A stretch of 49,629 bases of DNA from Alphaproteobacteria bacterium (GTDB lineage: Bacteria; Pseudomonadota; Alphaproteobacteria; Rs-D84). The position numbers were made by a program, and so were the translations under genes. Below the pieces are notes generated by a model. That model saw nothing but the letters and a program-made list of their open reading frames with translations. It did not search any database and was not told the DNA's origin. The stretch covers positions 1 through 49,629 of the forward strand of contig JBAYXF010000002.1 of the NCBI GenBank assembly GCA_041673665.1, written 5' to 3'. Shown in pieces: positions 45,491-49,629 of the stretch. Within the stretch, counting starts at the first letter, position 1, and every line of letters starts with the position of its first letter.

Positions 45491-47644
45491 ATGTTATTCG
45501 GTTTACTTGGGGACAAGGCTCCCAAAAATGCCTTGAACAATCCAATCCGTTCAGAAATTGAATTTGGTGGTGAAAAATTAGTATTAGAAACTGGTCGTTT
45601 TGCGAAACAGGCGACTGGCAGCATTATGGCCAAAATGGGGGAAACAATGGTTCTTGCGACTGTTGTATCTTCACGCGAAGCCAAAGAAGGCCAAGATTTC
45701 TTTCCATTAACCGTAGACTATCAAGAAAAATTCGCATCTGCTGGTCGTATACCAGGATCACGCGATCGCCGCGAAGGCCGTGCATCATTAAATGAAACCT
45801 TGATTTCGCGTTTAATTGATCGTCCAATTCGTCCACTGTTTCCTGAAACTTTTACTAATGACACTCAAATTGTCGTTACCTGTTTTTCGTATGACAAGAA
45901 AAACCAACCTGATATATTAGCCATGATTGCATCATCTGCTGCGTTGGCTATATCTGGCGTTCCATTTTTGGGACCAATTGGTGCGGCACGCGTTGGTTAT
46001 GCAAATGGTAAATATTTCCTGAACCCAACAAAAAAAGATATTGAAGATTCCGAATTGGAACTGGTTGTTGCCGGAACCAAAGATGGCGTTTTAATGGTCG
46101 AATCCGAAGCAGGGGAGCTGTCCGAAGATGAAATGTTGGGCGCTGTTAAATTTGGTTTTGATGCATTCCAGCCTGTCATTAACGCGATTAATGAATTAAA
46201 AGAGAAAGTTGGAAATGCTGCATGGGATGTCGCTGAACGCGCACCAGAATACAAAGCAATGGAATCTGATTTGGAACGCTTTGCTGACCAAATTGGCGAG
46301 GCATTAAAGATTTCCGCTAAACAGGAAAGATATGCCGCGTTGGATGCTATTAAAACAGATGCTCGTGCATCAATTGCTGATGCAACTGATTTACAAAAGG
46401 CATGGGCCAGCGAAATTATAGAGGCAATTACTGCACGTATTATGCGTCGTAATATATTGGATAAAAAACCACGTATTGATGGTCGTGATTCCAAAACCGT
46501 TCGCCCAATCGAGGTTGAAGTTGGCGTACTGCCACGTACACACGGTTCGGCATTATTTACACGCGGCGAAACCCAGGCTTTGGTCACATTAACATTGGGT
46601 AATGATAAAGACGCACGTCCTGGTGAATCTTTGGACGGGGCATTTGATGATCGCTTTATCTTGGATTATAACTTTCCCCCATTTTCAGTTGGAGAAATTG
46701 GACGTATTGGCGCACCAAAACGCCGTGAAATTGGACATGGAAAATTGGCATGGCGCGCAATCAATCCTATGTTGCCATCCAAAGAAAAATTTGATTACAC
46801 AATTCGTGCAGTATCCGACATCTTGGAATCCAACGGCAGTTCGTCCATGGCAACCGTTTGCGGAACTACATTGGCTTTGATGGATGGTGGTGTTCCAATG
46901 ACACGTCCAGTTGCTGGTATTGCAATGGGTCTGATTAAAGAAGGTAAAGAATTCGAAGTCTTGACCGATATTATGGGCGATGAAGATCATTTGGGCGATA
47001 TGGATTTCAAAGTAACTGGTACTGACAAGGGTGTCACTGCTTTGCAGATGGACATTAAAATCACATCTATTACTTTTGAAATTATGAAACAAGCATTGGC
47101 ACAGGCAAAAGATGGGCGTATGCATATCTTGGGAATTATGACCAAGGCTATTAAAGCTCCACGTAAAGAATTGTCTGAATATGCACCACAGACCTTTACA
47201 ATGAAAATAAATCCTGATAAAATCCGTGACGTTATTGGCAAAGGTGGCAGCGTTATCCAAGCACTGACCAAAGAAACCAATACCAGCATTGATTTAACAG
47301 ACGATGGTACGGTTAAAATTATGGCAACTGATAAGGCTGACGCTGAAAACGCAATGGCACGCATCAAAGAAATTACTGCTGAACCAGAAGTTGGTCAAAT
47401 CTATGATGGCACAGTATCCGGATTAAAAGATTTTGGTCTGTTCGTTAAAATTATGAATGGAAATTTTGAATCATTGGTTCATATTTCTGAGATAACCGGC
47501 GAACGTCTAAACAAAATAGAAGACGCTAAAATAAAAGAAGGCGATAAAGTATTTGTAAAATACTTAGGCGTGGATAAACGTGGGAAAACCCGTCTGTCTA
47601 TGGTCGGAATTAATCAAAAAACTGGCGCCGAGGAGAAGAAATAA
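45491..47644 (+). CDS. pnp: polyribonucleotide nucleotidyltransferase (PNPase)
   Basis: Two RNase PH domains, a KH domain (IGKGG..I) and an S1 domain. AAGAGGA SD upstream. Confidence 0.96.
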   Translation: MLFGLLGDKAPKNALNNPIRSEIEFGGEKLVLETGRFAKQATGSIMAKMGETMVLATVVSSREAKEGQDFFPLTVDYQEKFASAGRIPGSRDRREGRASLNETLISRLIDRPIRPLFPETFTNDTQIVVTCFSYDKKNQPDILAMIASSAALAISGVPFLGPIGAARVGYANGKYFLNPTKKDIEDSELELVVAGTKDGVLMVESEAGELSEDEMLGAVKFGFDAFQPVINAINELKEKVGNAAWDVAERAPEYKAMESDLERFADQIGEALKISAKQERYAALDAIKTDARASIADATDLQKAWASEIIEAITARIMRRNILDKKPRIDGRDSKTVRPIEVEVGVLPRTHGSALFTRGETQALVTLTLGNDKDARPGESLDGAFDDRFILDYNFPPFSVGEIGRIGAPKRREIGHGKLAWRAINPMLPSKEKFDYTIRAVSDILESNGSSSMATVCGTTLALMDGGVPMTRPVAGIAMGLIKEGKEFEVLTDIMGDEDHLGDMDFKVTGTDKGVTALQMDIKITSITFEIMKQALAQAKDGRMHILGIMTKAIKAPRKELSEYAPQTFTMKINPDKIRDVIGKGGSVIQALTKETNTSIDLTDDGTVKIMATDKADAENAMARIKEITAEPEVGQIYDGTVSGLKDFGLFVKIMNGNFESLVHISEITGERLNKIEDAKIKEGDKVFVKYLGVDKRGKTRLSMVGINQKTGAEEKK

Positions 47645-47943
47645 TGGATATGAAAGCATTAATGGACCAAGCCAAGCAATTGCAAAGCAAGGTTTCCGAT
47701 GCCCAAGAACAATTGGGAAAAACCAGTGTCAAAGGTATCGCTGGTAATGGTATGGCCATTGTAGAAATGAGTGGTAAATACGATCTGGTTAAGCTAACAT
47801 TGAATCCAGATTTAGTAAAAGAAGATTTGGAAACAATAACTGCTTTGATTTCTGCTGCATTTAACGATGCTAAATCCAAGGCAGATGATTTGATTGATAA
47901 AGTTATGTCCACCGCAACGGCTGGAATGCCAATGCCTGAATAA
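47644..47943 (+). CDS. ybaB: nucleoid-associated protein YbaB/EbfC
   Basis: 99 aa, with ...MDQAKQLQ......Q..L.......G.AG.G.V.V...G.......I.P.L...D.E.L.DLI..A.N.A as in the YbaB family. Its ATG overlaps the pnp TAA. Confidence 0.85.
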   Translation: MDMKALMDQAKQLQSKVSDAQEQLGKTSVKGIAGNGMAIVEMSGKYDLVKLTLNPDLVKEDLETITALISAAFNDAKSKADDLIDKVMSTATAGMPMPE

Positions 47944-47950
47944 TGGTTTT

Positions 47951-48026
47951 GGATGATTAGCTCAGTTGGTAGAGCATCTCGTTTACACCGAGAGGGTCGG
48001 GGGTTCGAGTCCCTCATCATCCACCA
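47951..48026 (+). tRNA. tRNA-Val (anticodon UAC)
   Basis: GGATGATTAGCTCAGTTGGTAGAGCATCTCGTTTACACCGAGAGGGTCGGGGGTTCGAGTCCCTCATCATCCACCA, with anticodon loop TTTACAC. Confidence 0.9.
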
Positions 48027-48034
48027 GATATAAA

Positions 48035-48057
48035 ACACTCCGCAAGGGGTGTTTTTT
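48035..48057 (+). terminator. rho-independent terminator after tRNA-Val
   Basis: ACACTCC GCAA GGGGTGT followed by TTTTT. Confidence 0.65.
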
Positions 48058-48135
48058 ATTTATTTTTTTATTCTTTTTATTATGACTTAATTGTGATAAA
48101 ATTATTATCTGAAACATAAAACAAAAGGATGAATT

Positions 48136-48498
48136 ATGTTAAAAAAAATATCAATGGTTGCATTGTTAATATCTGTATGTACGGCTGCATCTGCTTTTAC
48201 AATATTTAATAAACCCGCTAATACAAAGCTTACCAAAGCTGTTACTGCTGCTGAAAAAAACGCTACAAAAAAAGACACAGCCAACAAATCATGCAGTTGC
48301 GACACTGCTGCATTAGAAGGCAAAATTAAAGAACTTCGGGATAATTTGGACGACATGAAAAAAGACTATCCTGATACAGGAACCATACAAAAAGAGATGC
48401 GGGCAATGAAGGACGACTATAATAACCAAATTAAATTTATCAATAACAACATTGAATCTATCAATAAAAAGCTTGGTGAAATACAAAGCCATTTATGA
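48136..48498 (+). CDS. small secreted coiled-coil protein, no family recognised
   Basis: Signal peptide MLKKISMVALLISVCTAASA, then a K/T-rich linker and a heptad-like helical region (LEGKIKELRDNLDDMKK...). AAAGGA SD upstream. Confidence 0.5.
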   Translation: MLKKISMVALLISVCTAASAFTIFNKPANTKLTKAVTAAEKNATKKDTANKSCSCDTAALEGKIKELRDNLDDMKKDYPDTGTIQKEMRAMKDDYNNQIKFINNNIESINKKLGEIQSHL

Positions 48499-48502
48499 TT
48501 AA

Positions 48503-48530
48503 AGACGACATTGCAAAATGTCGTCTTTTT
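48503..48530. terminator. rho-independent terminator (9-bp stem), possibly bidirectional
   Basis: AGACGACAT TGCAAA ATGTCGTCT followed by TTTT. Confidence 0.65.
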
Positions 48531-48562
48531 AATTTTATCCCGCCGCCCATTTGGGCGATTTT

Positions 48563-49629
48563 TTATTCTGATAGGTTTTTAAACTCACCGCGGTCCAGCA
48601 TTGCTGCAATTTCATGATGTTTTGTTTTCTTTGCACTGGTCATAGGCAACTCATCTTCGGTTATTGCAAAATGGCTGACCCATTTATATGGTGCAATTGT
48701 CAAATTTGATGCCTTTAATAACAGGGCAATTTTTGCAACGGTGGTTCCTGGCTTTACTTGAAACACTCCATAAGCAACAACTTTATCATTTATAATGCGT
48801 TCTAAAACAGCCGCAGACAATATTTCATCATTTTGCAAATACAAGTCTTCAAGTTCTTCGGGATAAACATTTTTACCAGATTCCAGAACAATAACTTGTT
48901 TTTGACGTCCCTTGATTACCAATCGTTGTTTTCTATCAAATTTTCCAAGATCCCCAGTTTTAAACCAGCCATCTTCGAATGCTTCCTTGTTAGCTTCATC
49001 ATTTCCAATATAATGTGGCATAACCAAGTTTCCACGAACCCAAACTTCGCCGATACCTTCTTTGTTTGGATTATGAATTTTAATTTCATTGCCTGGCAAT
49101 GGTCCAGCATAATAAGTTTTTCCATTTGCCAATTTAAATTTAAAATTAAAATTTGCTGGACCCGTTGTTTCGGTCAATCCATAACAATCACCAACAGCAA
49201 AACCCAAACTTTCAAAAAACTTACGTACTCTTGGTTTTAATGTTGCCCCTGCGGAAATCAAAACCTTGACCCGTCCGCCAAAGATATCATGAATTGGTTT
49301 GGTTACTTTTTTTACCAGTCCGCCAAGACCGATAAATTTTAAAACTCCGCCCATTCTAACAATGCTTCGTACCAAAATATATGCATGTTTTTCTTTTAAC
49401 CCGTCTATGATTTTTTTATAAAAGCCTTCCCATATTCTGGGAACTGCCGGTATAACCTCAGGCTTATATTTTTGAAAATCTTTTAAAAATTCTTTTGGAT
49501 TTAATACTGGCTGCAATAATAGCGAACATCCTAATGAAATAGGGGATATAATATTTATAACCACACCATAAATGTGATACAGCGGCAAAAATCCATAAAA
49601 CATGTATTCTTTGTGTATTACAGGGCTAT
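48563..49629 (-). CDS. long-chain fatty-acid--CoA ligase (AMP-dependent synthetase), 5' end outside the window
   Basis: Motifs YGLTETTGP, GWFKTGDLG and GRQKQVIVLESGKNVYPEELE. The reading frame stays open upstream of the ORF-track ATG (49603) to the window edge (...SPVIHKEYMFYGFLPLYH). Confidence 0.88.
   Translation of the reverse strand, partial: SPVIHKEYMFYGFLPLYHIYGVVINIISPISLGCSLLLQPVLNPKEFLKDFQKYKPEVIPAVPRIWEGFYKKIIDGLKEKHAYILVRSIVRMGGVLKFIGLGGLVKKVTKPIHDIFGGRVKVLISAGATLKPRVRKFFESLGFAVGDCYGLTETTGPANFNFKFKLANGKTYYAGPLPGNEIKIHNPNKEGIGEVWVRGNLVMPHYIGNDEANKEAFEDGWFKTGDLGKFDRKQRLVIKGRQKQVIVLESGKNVYPEELEDLYLQNDEILSAAVLERIINDKVVAYGVFQVKPGTTVAKIALLLKASNLTIAPYKWVSHFAITEDELPMTSAKKTKHHEIAAMLDRGEFKNLSE

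Noticed and set aside
45997-47367. 196-, 191- and 126-aa minus-strand ORFs inside pnp
   Set aside because: They are antisense to PNPase, with low-complexity or Cys/His-rich nonsense translations and no start-site signals.
47610-48038. 142-aa minus-strand ORF
   Set aside because: It is antisense to the whole ybaB gene and to tRNA-Val(UAC), and has no independent support.

Overview
Gene-dense chromosomal segment with about 50 protein-coding genes, 4 tRNAs and no rRNA, from an AT-rich Gram-negative bacterium. The gene set includes sigma-32 RpoH, alphaproteobacterial-style L31 and S15, Pal/LptD/LptG/BamB-like/SurA-like envelope genes, a short ValRS without a coiled-coil tail, and several catalytically degenerate housekeeping enzymes. 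By inference only, this suggests a reduced alphaproteobacterium of the Rickettsiales/Holosporales kind. Backbone genes are gyrA, valS, metG, der, rpoH, rsmG, parA-parB-gpsA, rlmN, surA-like, lptD, lptG, pal, infC, accB-accC, rnpA-yidD, mreB, xseB-mutS-truB-rpsO, pnp-ybaB, rpmE, rpmH, queH, comF and a partial fadD-like gene. I saw no CRISPR array, transposase, integrase or phage gene. Main observations: (1) The left 5.8 kb holds five paralogous polytopic membrane proteins, four in a tight operon and one divergent. They look TrbL/VirB6-like but fall into two unusual subtypes (signal-peptide type and CxxC type) and have no other type IV secretion gene beside them. (2) A promoter geometry recurs in which a -10 box (extended in three of the seven cases) sits 6-10 nt from the start codon with no Shine-Dalgarno. 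It occurs at both arms of the VirB6-like array, the orphan ORF at 5845, rpoH, rsmG, lptG and rnpA, implying widespread leaderless mRNAs. (3) One gene is split by a frameshift in a C8/G8 homopolymer (12700-12707). (4) There are apparent pseudo-enzyme versions of SuhB/IMPase and of a family-4-like uracil-DNA glycosylase. (5) rpmH is uncoupled from rnpA, infC appears to use an ATA start, a parS-like perfect palindrome lies upstream of parA, and pnp has a long leader hairpin. All family assignments come from reading motifs by eye and none has been checked against a database.
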